DNA of 64,000 bases from Rebecca billardiae RCC1528 (taxonomy: Eukaryota > Protista > Haptophyta): contig OZ251228.1 in assembly GCA_965240325.2 (NCBI GenBank), positions 2,356,001 through 2,420,000 of the forward strand, in the 5' to 3' direction. Of this stretch, positions 33,713 to 47,143 are shown piece by piece; the stretch's first letter is position 1, and every line of letters begins with the position of its first letter. The notes under the pieces are model-generated. The model did not search any database and was not told the DNA's origin. It saw nothing but the letters and a program-made list of their open reading frames with translations. The position numbers and the translations under genes were made by a program.

Positions 33713-34464
33713 GAGAGATCTCACGACGCTCACTTGCCGACCAGGCGGCAGCGCGACTCTTTGACTCTGCGGCAGCGTCGGTTCGAAGCGAGCCTGCGAA
33801 CATCACTCGTGGGCAGACCAGGCACCAGCGTCAGCTCGAAGGGCATCCTCGCGTGGCACGTATGGCTGCAGGCGGAACTCGTATATATGCGGGGTGGCGG
33901 TCCGGTTCGGACTGCTGCAGATCTGCCGGTGCAGCGAGTCACTGAGTCTGAGCAGCAGCGACGGCTCCGGTCCCGGACTCTGGCGACTGCTGGGCTGCGG
34001 CGACTGCGAACGGGGCACGGCGCGCCCGGCCCATTCATCACTATCAGCGCGTTCGGACTACGTTTAGTACGGTAACAGTGCGTCTGTGATCTAAATTTAT
34101 GCGCTGCGCTTCACTATATATATATATATATACCGTATACGCGGTGCCCTCACTTTAGGCTCAGCCTGGCCCTGGCAGGTCCAGGCCAGTCTGATTCACG
34201 GGGCCGCTCAGCCAGCTCATGAGTATATCGATATCGATAGGCACTAATCTAGCGATATACAATACTATACATCCGTAGGCGCTTAACAATAAATATGATG
34301 AGCCCGCGATTCATGATGAACGCAGTCGATGGTCAGCCGGTCAGGCACCAGCACGGCACTCTCAGTCTCACTAGCTGGAGAGCAGGAGAGTGGAGCGGCG
34401 GTCCCGTGGCGGCCGGCGGCCGGCGACGCGCCGTCGGTGTCGCGGCGAGACGCGGGCGGCGCGC

Positions 34465-36614
34465 TCAGTCCACTTTCGCGCGCTTGGCCTGGTCGGCGAT
34501 CACGCCGATGCCTTTCTGCCTCAGCGTGTTCCACACCTGCTCTGCGGCCGAGTCGATCATCGAGACCGCCGAGTTGAGGAATTCCCACTGACACTCCTGC
34601 GCGACGTTGATCATCCACATGAGGAACGCGGTGAACGCGACGAGGGCGACGTTGTAGCACGCGCTCGCCAGGCTCTCGAGCCACAGCCTGTTCATGAACC
34701 AGCCGAGCACAATGCCGAGCACCATCGCGACGGTGAGCACGATCGGCGTCTTGAACGCGCCGATCATGTTCTTCAGCCGGTTCGTCTGGTGGAAGAACTT
34801 GTGCGAGTCGGAGATCTCGGTGACGAGGTGCTCCTTGAACTTTGTCTTGAGCTCGGCCGAGCCCATGCGCTTGGTCGACTCGAACGCGTCCATCGCCGCC
34901 TGCACCGCCGCCTGGTGCGCGTGCGCGAACTGCTCGTCGCTCAGCATGCGCTTGGTCGAGCACTGCCGCTCCATCATCCGCGTGTACTGCTTGAACGCGC
35001 TCGCCTTCGCCGCCGCGTTGTTCGCCTCCGCGGTCGCGTTCACCACCGTCTTGGGCTCAGGCAGGTCGCCCGCGGCGTACAGCGCCGTGTACGACTTGAA
35101 GTAGCACAGCAGCGCCGTCGCGGTGAGCTCCTCGCCGTTGATCTGCGCGGCGCGCGGGGTGCGCCGCGCACGCAACGTGGCGGTGAGGCCGAGCGCACGC
35201 CCCGGCGGCCGCCGCGGCGGCGTCTCGGCGCGCGCGCGCGCGCGCCTTCTTGACGACGAGCCGGTCGGGTGCGAGGATGCTCTCGACCGCCTGCTGCAGG
35301 ACGGGCAGGAAGGCCGGGCGCAGCATGCTCGTGCGCCCGTCGAAGGAGGGGTCCTCGGTCGCCGAGAAGCCCGGGTGCGGCATCAGGTGGCAGTCGATCT
35401 TCTCGAAGCAGCCGTGCACGTGCTGCCGCACCTGCCTCAGCTCCGAGTGCTGCTCCTCCTTCTGTGCGAGCACCTGCGCGCACCGGCGCGTGCGGCGGCG
35501 CGCGGAGGGGCGCGGGCGCGCGCGCGAGCAGCGCGCGACGGGGCGCGCTCAGCGCGGCGGCGGCGGGCACGCGTGCGCGGCGCACCGCTCAGCGCGCGCC
35601 CCGCCGCGCGCGCCCAGCCGCGCGCCCGCTTCGCACCCCGGCCAGGTAGGCTTGGCCACCGTCGGCGCCCCACGGGTGCGAGTCGACGTGCGACCAGTCG
35701 CGCACGAGGAAGACGAGGTTCTGGAAGGGCGGCGTGTCCTTGGTGTGCCCGCCCTCGTACACCTGCAGGCTGTACTCTGTGAAGAGATGCAGGTGCTGCA
35801 GGTCGTCCTCCTGCACGGCGCCCATCACGTTGTACACCTGCGCGCACGCCGTGCCGCAGCCGCGGCCGCGCGCGTCGGCTCCCACGCCAGGCCGCGCCCA
35901 ATCGCGCGCGCGGCGCGCGCGGCGCGCCCGCCCGCCGCGTGCGGCACGCGGACCTGCACGGAGCTGAGCAGTGTGGAGAGCGCGAACACCGTGCAGTTCC
36001 CCTTCATGCTCGTCTCGTTGTCGAAGGTGCCCTGCGTGTCCATCAGCAGGACTGCCACCTCCTCGCCGTCAGCCATCGCGCGGAAGAAGGGGCGCGACCA
36101 CATCCAGATGCCCGTGGTCTCGCGCTCCTTGCCGCCACGCCACGAGAAGCCGGTGAGCGCCTCCTCCGCCGCGCCCAGCCAGCTGTCGCACTCGGGCTGC
36201 GACGTCGCGTCGCCCATCAAGTAGCGCAGGCAGAAGTCGAGGAAGAAGGACTTGCCTGCGAGCCGCGTGGCGCGCACGAGCAGCGCGCCGACGGTCGGCC
36301 GAGGGCAGGCAGCGCGGTGAGCGCCGCGCGAGACAAGTCGGCTGCGCCCGCACCGGCGGCGCGCACCGGCGGCCGCGCGCTCGTGCGCGCAGGCCGGCGG
36401 CGCGCGCACCCTTCCGGAAGGCACCCGCGACCGACACGAGCACGACGCGCTTGTCCTGCACGTCCGGGGCGGTGAGGATCTCCTGCAGCTTGTCTTCGAC
36501 GAGCAGGCCGTCGTTGTCAACGACCTGCACGGGCGCGCCGCGCGGAACATTCACGAGCACCGCGTCCCCCTCGTCGCTCGGGCTCGCCTCCGCGGCCGCA
36601 GGCGCTTCCGTCAT
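34465..36614 (-). CDS. ATL: Atlastin-like ER fusion GTPase, exons 36614-36410, 36255-35954, 35837-35637, 35473-35246, 35142-34465
   Basis: VSVAGAFRKG|KSF P-loop, FSWRGG..RETTGIWMW, LMDTQG, FLVRDW, LMPHPG and LVVKK|INGE motifs, with a C-terminal TM hairpin. Four introns, one GC-AG. Confidence 0.93.
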
Positions 36615-36946
36615 GATACCGCCGCCCTTCAAGCAGCGCCGCTCCGCTGGGCAGGCGGGCGCGAGAGCTGCTGCTACGGAAAGCTCCCCGGCAAGACTTT
36701 GTCCAAAATAATGGTTATTTGTCTGAGTTTCAGGCTTTTTGCGCCCGGACCAAACTACCGTGCGGCCGGACAAGGGCTTCCAGCAAGGGAACCGGCTTGA
36801 AGAGGCAACGGTCGGACCGCCAAAACCGAAAACACAAAAGCCTGACGGTGAGGGATCCGTGCGAGTCAACTTGTTGTGCCTAGCTGGTTGGGCCTAATCG
36901 GGGCCATCGCCATCGGCCCGCGAGCCCGGCTGTGCCAACTAACTGT

Positions 36947-38040
36947 CGGATATCCCACTGCAACAGATAGGATCTGATCCTATGGCATAGGATGAGTTCA
37001 CCAGAGCGCCAGCGGCTCAGTTTTGCGCATACGATCATCGGTGTTGCTATATCGTACACACAACTCCACCGGCTGTCGACACACACCATCTCCGCCTGCC
37101 GCCACTGCCACGGCGGTCGCGCGCGCGCGCGCGCGACCGCGCGCGCGCGCGCGATCCTATGCCATAGGATCCGCGCCAGGCAGACGGCTACATAGGATCG
37201 GCATGACAGCGTCAGTTGCTCGCCCCTGGCAGCCGAGCGGCGACCCTGGGCACGGACGGCGCAGGCGAGTGCTCGCACCGGATGCCCGCGCTGCCGCCCG
37301 CACCGCCGCCCACGCCGCCAGGCGCGTTGCTGCCCGTGGCACACCGATTCTGGGGCGGGGCGAAGAGAGGGCAACCGCCATCGTGCGTGCGGCCACGGAC
37401 CTTCCACGATGGTGGCGGCCGTCCTTGTGGACCACAGCCCACGAATCCAAGAGCGTGCGGGTCGAGCGTCGCGTAAATCGACTGCGGCATACGCATGGCG
37501 TGTCTACAGGTGCGATACCATCCACGCACGCGGCATGGCAAGATGTTCCGGCTACCTCCGAGGCTTGCTCAACATGCGCGCCGATGCTCGATCGCAACCA
37601 CCTGACGACGCGAGCGACCCGCAGCGGCTTGCGCACGCAGCCCCGGCGTGACGTACAATGCCATGCTTGGCGAGGACCAAAACGCATTGTGGATGAACCT
37701 CGTACGGCTCCGGTCGAACACAGTGAACCGCGATGTGTGAGCATCAAGCTGGGTGTCATCTACAAGTGCCACATGTCGGTCGGCGTTGCCGCCGTGGAGT
37801 CGCAAGGCGGCAGCGACCGCGACGGCTTCACGCGCTCCATCCGTGGAGCCCAAAACATGCGGTGGTGGTCGAAAATCACAACAAGCTCGCTCTGGCGGAT
37901 GGTGGCGACACTGCTACCGACCCCTAGGTGCAGTCGTACCATTCGGCAACATGAGAAAATGTCGTCTGCTGAGTCGTCCCTGGGGCCATCCTATGCCATA
38001 GGATTGAATCCTATGGGATAGGATCGCAGTGGGATATCCG
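36947..38040. mobile_element. 1.1-kb non-autonomous TIR element with 4-bp TSD (CTGT)
   Basis: Perfect 15-bp TIR cggatatcccactgc (36947-36961) / gcagtgggatatccg (38026-38040), CTGT on both flanks. Subterminal quasi-palindromes atcctatg(g/c)cataggat. Confidence 0.85.
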
Positions 38041-38091
38041 CTGTGTGCAACATAAGTCATAACTGAGTTATTAACTCGTGTGGGACGCGTT

Positions 38092-38093
<2 letters not shown>

Positions 38094-38131
<38 letters not shown>

Positions 38132-38137
38132 GTGTGC

Positions 38138-38179
<42 letters not shown>

Positions 38180-38204
38180 TATAATATATATATATATTAT
38201 ATAA
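38094..38204. repeat. Compound microsatellite (GT)n(TA)n
   Basis: Directly visible. Confidence 0.95.
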
Positions 38205-38985
38205 TATGCCCCCGCGGGCCGCCCGGCCGGTGTCGTCCATGGACGACGACTCGGACGACGAGGATGCGCAGCAGTCGGGGGCAAAGCGTACCCTGCACGC
38301 CGCAGCAGCGCCAGCCGCCGCCAGCAAGCCAGCTGAGCAGAGCGGCAAGCGCGCACGCGGCCGCGCAGGGCACACGGGGACGACTACATCACCGCCGGAT
38401 CACCCGCCAGGGCCCAGCGGCTGAGACGGCCGTCTGACATCCGGACCTGCACCCTCGCCCTCGCTCGGGGCACAGCAGGTCCATGCGAGCCGCGCAGCGC
38501 AGGTGGATCGCGCTCCAGCAGCTCAAGGCCGCGCTCAAGCCATTCGATCGCGGTTCAGGCTATGCTCTGCCACCAGCGCCGACTTCGTGTCGACGATCGG
38601 GCACTGCCGACGACGAATCAGGAGACCTGCGCCGTCCTACCTGTGTCGTTAAATCATAGAATGAGTCTGCAGGCCGACGCTTGACCGATGCTGCCAGTCA
38701 TGCCGAGCCGGAGCGGCAGCCTGGCAGCCGGCGCGCTGCAGTCATCGGCGGACTCAAGTGGCACGCTGACCAGCTTTCATGAGACTGTGTGGCTGCATGA
38801 ATGCGCAGCGGCGGCGCCCGGCCCGCGCCTGCGATCGAGTGGTCAGTGGCGGCCGTGCGGGAAGTCGGCCCGAGTTGCCAGTTGGTTGCTGCCGCGGAGC
38901 GAGGCCGCACAGCGAGCGAGCGGGGCCCAGGCGCCCAGCAACCTCGTCCGTGTCACTCATCGGCTCACTGAGACTTCACGGCCGC

Positions 38986-40023
38986 TCACCGTCCTTGCTC
39001 ATCGCCATGAACGGTGCTGCTCGGGCCCGTAGGCCGTACCCGCCTGGCCATCACCACAGGTCGTACATGTGACGGCGTCGTTACGACGCTGGCTGTGACC
39101 AGTGGCGGCAGCTGCGATCGCGGCCGCCGCGCTGCCACAACGTCCGAGGCAGTGGCTGTGCTGCTGGTGCGCTTCCGCTGTCGCTTGGCGGCGCTCACTT
39201 CTTTGGTGGTCACGACTTGCTCCAGCCCGCGCTTGTGCGCACCACTCCGAAGGCGCTTCATGCCGGCCAGCATGTGCGCAGCGCACCGGCTGGCGCGCGC
39301 GTCGCCCGGCATGCCGTACGAAGGCTGCTTGGTGCAGCCGACGTGATCACACGTGGGGCTCCTCACGTCGACCATGCCGGCCAGCTTGTGCTCAGCGCAC
39401 CGGCTGGCGCGCGCGTCGCCCGGCATGCCGAATGAAGGCCGCTTGGTGCAGCCCGCGTGATCACACTTGGGGCTCTTCACGTCGACCATGCCGGCCAGCT
39501 TGTGCTCAGCGCACCGGCTGGCGCGCGCCTCGCCCGGCATGCCGAAATAAGGCACCTTGGTGCAGCCCGCGTAATCACACTTGGGGCTCTTCACGTCGAC
39601 CATGCCGGCCAGCTTGTGCTCAGCGCACCGGCTGGCGCGCGCGTCGCCCGGCATGCCGAAATAAGGCACCTTGGTGCAGCCCACGTGATCACACTTGCGG
39701 CTCCTCACGTCGACCATGCCGGCCAGCTTGTGCTCAGCGCACCGGCTGGCGCGCGCGTCGCCCGGCATGCCGAACGAAGGCTGCTTGGTGCAGCCGACGT
39801 GATCACACTTGGGGCTCTTCACGTCGACCATGCCGGCCAGCTTGTGCTCAGCGCACCGGCTGGCGCGCGCGTCGCCCAGCATGCCGAATGAAGGCCGCGT
39901 GGTGCAGCCGGTGTGATCACACTTGGGGCCCTTCACGTTGACCATGCCGGCCAGCTTGCGCGCAGAGCACCGGCTGGCGCGCGTCGATATTGACCACCCT
40001 GGGTCGACCGAGGCCACCGGCAC
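38986..40023 (-). CDS. EsV-1-7-type cysteine-repeat protein, 6 repeats plus a leading half repeat (copy B)
   Basis: Uninterrupted ORF of 114-bp repeats, C-terminal tail with KRQRKR. The listed start is GTG, so the true start is uncertain. Confidence 0.78.
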   Translation of the reverse strand: MPVASVDPGWSISTRASRCSARKLAGMVNVKGPKCDHTGCTTRPSFGMLGDARASRCAEHKLAGMVDVKSPKCDHVGCTKQPSFGMPGDARASRCAEHKLAGMVDVRSRKCDHVGCTKVPYFGMPGDARASRCAEHKLAGMVDVKSPKCDYAGCTKVPYFGMPGEARASRCAEHKLAGMVDVKSPKCDHAGCTKRPSFGMPGDARASRCAEHKLAGMVDVRSPTCDHVGCTKQPSYGMPGDARASRCAAHMLAGMKRLRSGAHKRGLEQVVTTKEVSAAKRQRKRTSSTATASDVVAARRPRSQLPPLVTASVVTTPSHVRPVVMARRVRPTGPSSTVHGDEQGR

Positions 40024-40140
40024 GGCAAGAGCCCTCCTGCCCAGCGCGCTGGGTGTTGGCGATGGCGGCGGCTGCGACCTAGTCGGGCCGGGCGGGGGGG
40101 GGGGGCGGTAAGGATTTCCCGAAAAATCGGCGGCCGCTTA

Positions 40141-40850
<710 letters not shown>

Positions 40851-41062
40851 CGACGGGCGCTGGCGCGCCGCGAGGCGGCCGCAGCCCTCGTCCAGGCCTC
40901 GCAGGCGGACGGCTGAACGAATTTTTCCGGCGGCGCTACCATCGGCGACGGCTTCATGGGCGGTGACAGTCCTTTGGCGGGCGTCAATCTCGCCTGCCTG
41001 AGCTGTGTGCGTCTCTTATTCTTAGTAAACTGTACCTCTGAAAATCGCGGGACTGTGGTCTG

Positions 41063-44000
41063 TGGCGGACGCGATAGGCGATCCATGCCGCACGACGGTG
41101 ATGGCCGCGCCGGGGGAGGACGCGGGACCGGAGGTGCAAGCAGGCCGCAGCTGCGATTGTTGCGTTGATGGGACGGGCGGCGCGGCGGCCAATGCGCCGG
41201 CCCATGATCCGGGCGATACCCGGATGTCGAGACCGGGGCACAAGTTCCCGAGCGGGTGCCGTAGGAGAATCAGCACCTGCTCACACGTAGCGAGCATTGC
41301 CCTTGGTCTTGTTCGCGCGGGGAGCAATCTGGCCCACAGCTTCGCGATGCTGCGCACTGTAGGCCAGGTGGTGCAGGCTTTCCAGTTCGCCGAACTCAAG
41401 AGGACTGCTCGCACTGCCAAGGCTTGGGCCTGTACCGCGGTGGTGCTCGGCGGACCTGATCCAAAGCCACAGCTGTGGTTTGACCTCGCGGGCGTACATG
41501 GCAAGACTGTATGGTCGCAAGGCCATCGATATGAACGTGTGCACGGCACCACTCTGCCATGCTTCAACTCGTCTGGGTCGAGCTGAGGGCAATCATTCGT
41601 GCCCGGAGCATCTGTCAGGCGCGCGTGCATGCATGCGCGCCGCGCTGCGGCCCGCGGCTACAGCTCCTGTCACCTTAGCAGATATCTAATGCTGACCACC
41701 CCTTTGCGCATCCTGCAGTAGGCTGTGACAGGTGGGCCTTTCGCGACTGCGCCCATCGTCATCATGTCGCCGTGATCATCTGTCAGCAGCTGATCGTCGA
41801 GTCGTCTGCAGCTGGTCAGACTGTCCGCCCGTCCGGGCCCGGCCTCAGGATCAGGCTGCTCTCGATCGGGCTGGCGCCGAGCTCTGAAAGTGCTAATCTT
41901 CGGCTCACACGTAGTCACATATCCGGCGGCGGATGGCAGCAGTGGGAGAAACAAGTCTCACGCGCAGGCTCAGCTGATGGCCGCCGAGGCCAGCAGTGCG
42001 TCAAAATCGTCAGTATAGTAGTACAGTACGCGTAGCATCATCGTCAACGGTCAGCGACTACTCATAGTCATACTGCATCCCGTCGACTCGTCCTCAGCCG
42101 CCGCGGTTGCGCCTAGGAGCGGGCGCAGCGTCGCCCTGGCGACCTCAACTGCAGGCCAATCGCGTCGGGCGGCAGCGGGGGCAGCATGACGAACGCCAAG
42201 TCGACGAGTGCGAGATTTGCCGCTGGCGCCTCGCCCGCCGCTCGCCGCGCAGCACTCTCAGGGATGACTGCCGGCAGCGCGCGCAGCTCTGAGCTCACCG
42301 GCGATCAGCGCGCGCAGCTCATACGCGCGCGCTGACCGGTTAGCGTGCCCGCGCCCATCGCGCGGACGAGCGCGGCGTAGGCCGAGAGCAGTGCGGCTCT
42401 CCGCACGTACGTGTGCTTCGCCAAGCCCCGCGCGAGCTCGAGCTACACGCCGTGCGCAAGCAGCTCAACCGCATCACGCTTGAGAGGCACTACGCGACAG
42501 AACGCAGAGGTCGGTGAGGCTTTCAGAGCGGCGCTCACTGAGGCGGCTTGCGCAGGGCGTAGCTCGGCGAAGCGCTACTGGAGATGAATACCTGTCCCCG
42601 AGACGCAAGCCACGACATGTCTGTCAACTGGGACAGCACACTGAGGGAAGCATCAGCTGCGAGGTCAGGGTGTCTACTCGGCCAGACATCTGCCAGTAGA
42701 ACGCCTCGCGCCCCACCTTCGTGCCAGCTGGGCCGAGCAGGTAGCAGCAAGAGTTCGCGCAGTACGGCATGGCAGCGTCCACGAACGGCGAGAGGGTCGC
42801 CCAACCGCCATGTACTTGGGTCGACAGCTCGGGGCACGCGCTGAACGATTGGAAATGTACTTCTGCGTGAACGGCAGCTTGCGCGCCTGCTTGCCCGCGG
42901 CAGGAGCAAGCACGACGGCGGCGCACGCAACAAGGAACGTCAGCACGCTCATGGCAAATGTTTGCCGTCCTCCGCCTCGCCGCTCGCATCCGAATCGCGG
43001 CCGATTCGGCGACGTGCAGATGCCCACGATAAAGACTGGCCGCGGATGGACCTCAGGATGGAGGCCGTTTTGAACGCGCTCGCGCGCGGCGAGGTGAAGC
43101 GTGCAGGGGCGTTAGGCGCGGTGGGCCCCTCGAGGGCGTCAAGATGGACCGCGCCCAAGCGGATGTCGCCCCCTGGAGCGGCCTCTCCGCGCCGTGCGAG
43201 GCCGCGGCGCGCGGGCGGTACACGACCTCCTGTCTGACGGCCGAAGGTACGAGTGGTCGGCTCCCCTGTGCGCCTGCCAGCGGGCGAAGTCAGCGGCAGA
43301 GCGGCCGGGAGCCCGCCATTTCCGCAAACGTGGCAAAATGTTAATTTTCGTGTGGTTTTGCGGGCAACGACCACTCGTACCTCGGGCCGTCAGGAAAAGC
43401 AGTAAAGCTATGGGAGTGTCGATCGCCACATCGGCCAGTCTTTATGGCGACCCCCGGCGAGCGCTCGGCCGCCCGGCTGGAAGCCCTATGTGCGACGCGC
43501 TCCAAGTACCCGCATGCTATTCACACATAGGAGCGGCCTTCATACGCGACGGGCGTGTTGAATAGCCGCTGCCTCCATAGGCGCGCGCTCAAAATAGCGC
43601 GCGCAGGTGAAACGCCAAACGGCAAAATCTGTCCGCGGGACAGATTTAAGATTTTGCTCCCGGGCCTACCACCACAGCAGCCTGACCACCAAACCCGCGG
43701 CCCGAGTAGTGCGATCACCCACTCTTACCGTTCTTCCCTTCGGCTGGGGCTCGATCAGTCGACGCGGCGTCGCTCATGAACAGCGCAGGCACAGATGGCA
43801 GGCACCGCAGGCAGGTGTTTGGCGCGGCTGCACTCTCGAGGTGGCTGGGATACAACATCCAGGTGCAGCACCCTCCCCGCGTGGTCGGTCAGAGCGCTCT
43901 CTCGAGCGCGTGCCTCCGAGCGCGAGGCGGCCGCTTGCTGCAATGGCCGCCTCGATGCAAGGTGCGGCAACGCGCCCCTCACAGTCACCGACACCTCAGT

Positions 44001-44175
44001 CCTCACTATGACTAGCCTGCCTGGCCCCGGTCTGTTTCAGTGTGGGGGCGGTGTCTTTGTCGGCAGCAGTGTTGGATGGCGCCGTCAATCATCACGCCTT
44101 ATAACAGTAATAACTGTCATCAAGTGTGCACTCGTTAAAACATAGTAAACTGTATAGCTAATAGCGTCGTCGTCG
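41063..44175. repeat. 3.1-kb direct repeat block B, copy 1
   Basis: Near-identical to 52393-55507 (offset ~11.33 kb; many identical ORF translations in the track). Ends with the catagtaaactg|ta motif, then (TA)n. Confidence 0.95.
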
Positions 44176-44351
<176 letters not shown>

Positions 44352-45080
44352 ACGCAGCTCGACGCCAGGGCCCCGCCGATGATGATTGATGAGGCTGTGC
44401 CCACGTGGTACCGAGCAGCACCACGAGCAGTGTGAGCTGCTGGTCGTGGTCAATGTATGTATCATAATGGGATCGTTGATCAGACGAGTGGCGCGTGTCC
44501 GCAGTGGGAGTGGCCGGCTCGGTGATCCTCGTTGAGGCACTCACTGTGGTCTGGACCCGCATGGCGCTGTCCGCGCGCCCACTGATGAACAGGCCTCTGG
44601 CTGGCAGGACCGGCAAGCCAGACAGACAGACAGACATGGGCGGGAAGGGCGGGCCAAACAAAGCAGCTGCTGGTCGTGGCAATGCGCGGCTCGGGCGTGC
44701 GGCGGTAGGTGCGCAGCCGAGCGGCTTGCTGAGACGAGTTGGGCATCCTCTGCTGGAGGTCGAGGCGAGAGGTGTCTGGCGCGCAGCTGTTGTGCGCTGC
44801 CGAGTCCTACCTCGCGCGATCGAGGAGCGAGGTGCGCGCCGATGATACCCGCCGAATGCCCTTTGGGGCTCCGAGGGGGGCGACAAGAGCCGCCTTAGAG
44901 CAGCTCGCCTTGCGAAGAAGTGGAATGGCTCGGAAGCGCCCGAGAAGCCATCTCACTCCAGGTGATGCAGCAGCCAGCCGTGTACCCGTAGAAGGTTCAT
45001 GACGAATTCTGCGAGCTGGCCGCTGGGTGCAACAGAGTGAGAGGCCACACGGCGAGCCCCGCCGTCACGCAGCTCGTACA

Positions 45081-45105
45081 CACTCAGTTATTGTACCAAT
45101 AACAC

Positions 45106-45196
<91 letters not shown>

Positions 45197-46830
45197 CTAG
45201 CCACTCCGCCATGCCCGGCTCGCACAAGGCGTCGGGTACGAATGGACTCTGGAGCTGGATGGTCGCGGCGCGCGGCGTCGTCGGGAGTAGACAGACCACG
45301 ACGTCTCGACGATGATCAATCATGGAACGATCAGGTTAGCTATGTTGGGATTTGAGCAACGAACGACAGCGGGCGCTGGCAGCGGCGTGGCGGTTGAGCT
45401 GCTGCCCGAGGTCGAGAGGGCGCCCGCGAGTCGTCAGTCACTGAGCAAGGTCGATTAGGGCTGATGGCTCGCTGACGCTGCAGTGCTTCCATATCCGCCA
45501 GAGGCCGAGGGTGGGCGGGCGGGCAAACGATGAAGCGTGCGGGTTGACGCGACAGCGGCGAGAGCAAGAGACCATATTGCATGAGGGGCGACGCGGCGAA
45601 GACAGTAGATGATGTCGTCGCGCCGCCGAACGATCAGGCGGGGAGCCGGGCCACACAGACAGCCAGCGACCTTACCGAGCAGAGGGGCTGCGGCGACTGC
45701 GGTGCACCTCCTGCAGCGGAGAGTGCACCCGGCAGTGCTCGATGCAGGCGATTCCCTTGCCCAGCTCGGCGCCTTCGTCGCGAGCAGCCCCATGGCGCCC
45801 CCGAGAGCGAAGCCTGATCGATCCGATGTGAGCGGTAACCAACCGAGTCCTGCAGGTGCGCCGCTGTGGGCCAGATTGGCAGCGCACCAGGACTCCCGCG
45901 CGCGGCGGTGCGCGCGGGACAACGCAGGAATGCCGTGCGAGCCGGATTCTTGGCGTCGCTCATAGACACTCAGTTATAGGTTCCCTATAACGCCACGTCT
46001 AGCCACTCCGCCATGCCCGGCTCGCACAAGGCGTCGGGTACGAATGGACTCTGGAGCTGGATGGTCGCGGCGCGCGGCGTCGTGGAGTAGACAGACCACG
46101 ATGATCAATCATGGAACGATCAGGTTAGCTATGTTGGGATTTGAGCAACGAACGACAGCGGGCGCTGGCAGCGGCGTGGCGGTTGAGCTGCTGCCCGAGG
46201 TCGAGAGGGCGCCCGCGAGTCCCGTTTATAAGTTGGAGCGGGCGTCCAAGTAGTCGTTGATGAATCCCGTTTAGAAATAGAAGAGACGAGGACTGCGCGG
46301 CCGCGCGCGCACGATCGATCGCGACGCGCGGCGAGCAGACACGCGTCAGAGTGCGCCGCACACCCGCGCGACGCACGGGCGCGAGGCGAGCGCGTATCTC
46401 AAACGATGAAGCGTGCGGGTTGACGCGACAGCGGCGAGAGCAAGAGACCATATTGCATGAGGGGCGACGCGGCGAAGACAGTAGATGATGTCGTCGCGCC
46501 GCCGAACGATCAGGCGGGGAGCCGGGCCACACAGACAGCCAGCGACCTTACCGAGCAGAGGGGCTGCGGCGACTGCGGTGCACCTCCTGCAGCGGAGAGT
46601 GCACCCGGCAGTGCTCGATGCAGGCAATTCCCTTGCCCAGCTCGGCGCCTTCGTCGCGAGCAGCCCCATGGCGCCCCCGAGAGCGAAGCCTGATCGATCC
46701 GATGTGCGCGGTAACCAACCGAGTCCTGCAGGTGCGCCGCTGTGGGCCAGATTGGCAGCGCACCAGGACTCCCGCGCGCGGCGGTGCGCGCGGGACAACG
46801 CAGGAATGTTCCCTATATAACGCCACATAT
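45081..46830. repeat. Tandem duplication of a ~0.87-kb block C (45081-45966, 45967-46830)
   Basis: Both copies begin cactcagttat and share gtctagccactccgccatgcccgg...cgggacaacgcaggaatg. They differ in a central ~100-180-bp segment, and (TA)n 45109-45190 is present only in copy 1. Confidence 0.9.
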
Positions 46831-47143
46831 ATGCCCCCGGCAGTGAGTCTGCAGGCCGACGCTTGACCGATGCCAGTCATGCCGAGCCGGAGCGGCAGCC
46901 TGGCAGCCGGCGCGCTGCTCATCGGCGGACAAAGTGGCACGCTGACCAGCTTTCAAGACTGTGTGGCTGCATGCTGCGCAGCGGCGGCGCCCGGCCCGCG
47001 CCTGCGATCGAGTGGCGGCCGTGCGGGAAGTCGGCCCGAGTTGCCAGTTGGTTGCTGCCGCGGAGCGAGGCCGCACAGCGAGCGAGCGGGGCCCAGCAAC
47101 CTCGTCCGTGTCACTCATCGGCTCACTGAGACTTCACGGCCGC

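Noticed and set aside
41062-43565. Short ORFs conserved between the two block B copies
   Set aside because: Conservation simply reflects recent duplication, and I recognise no domain or transposase motif.
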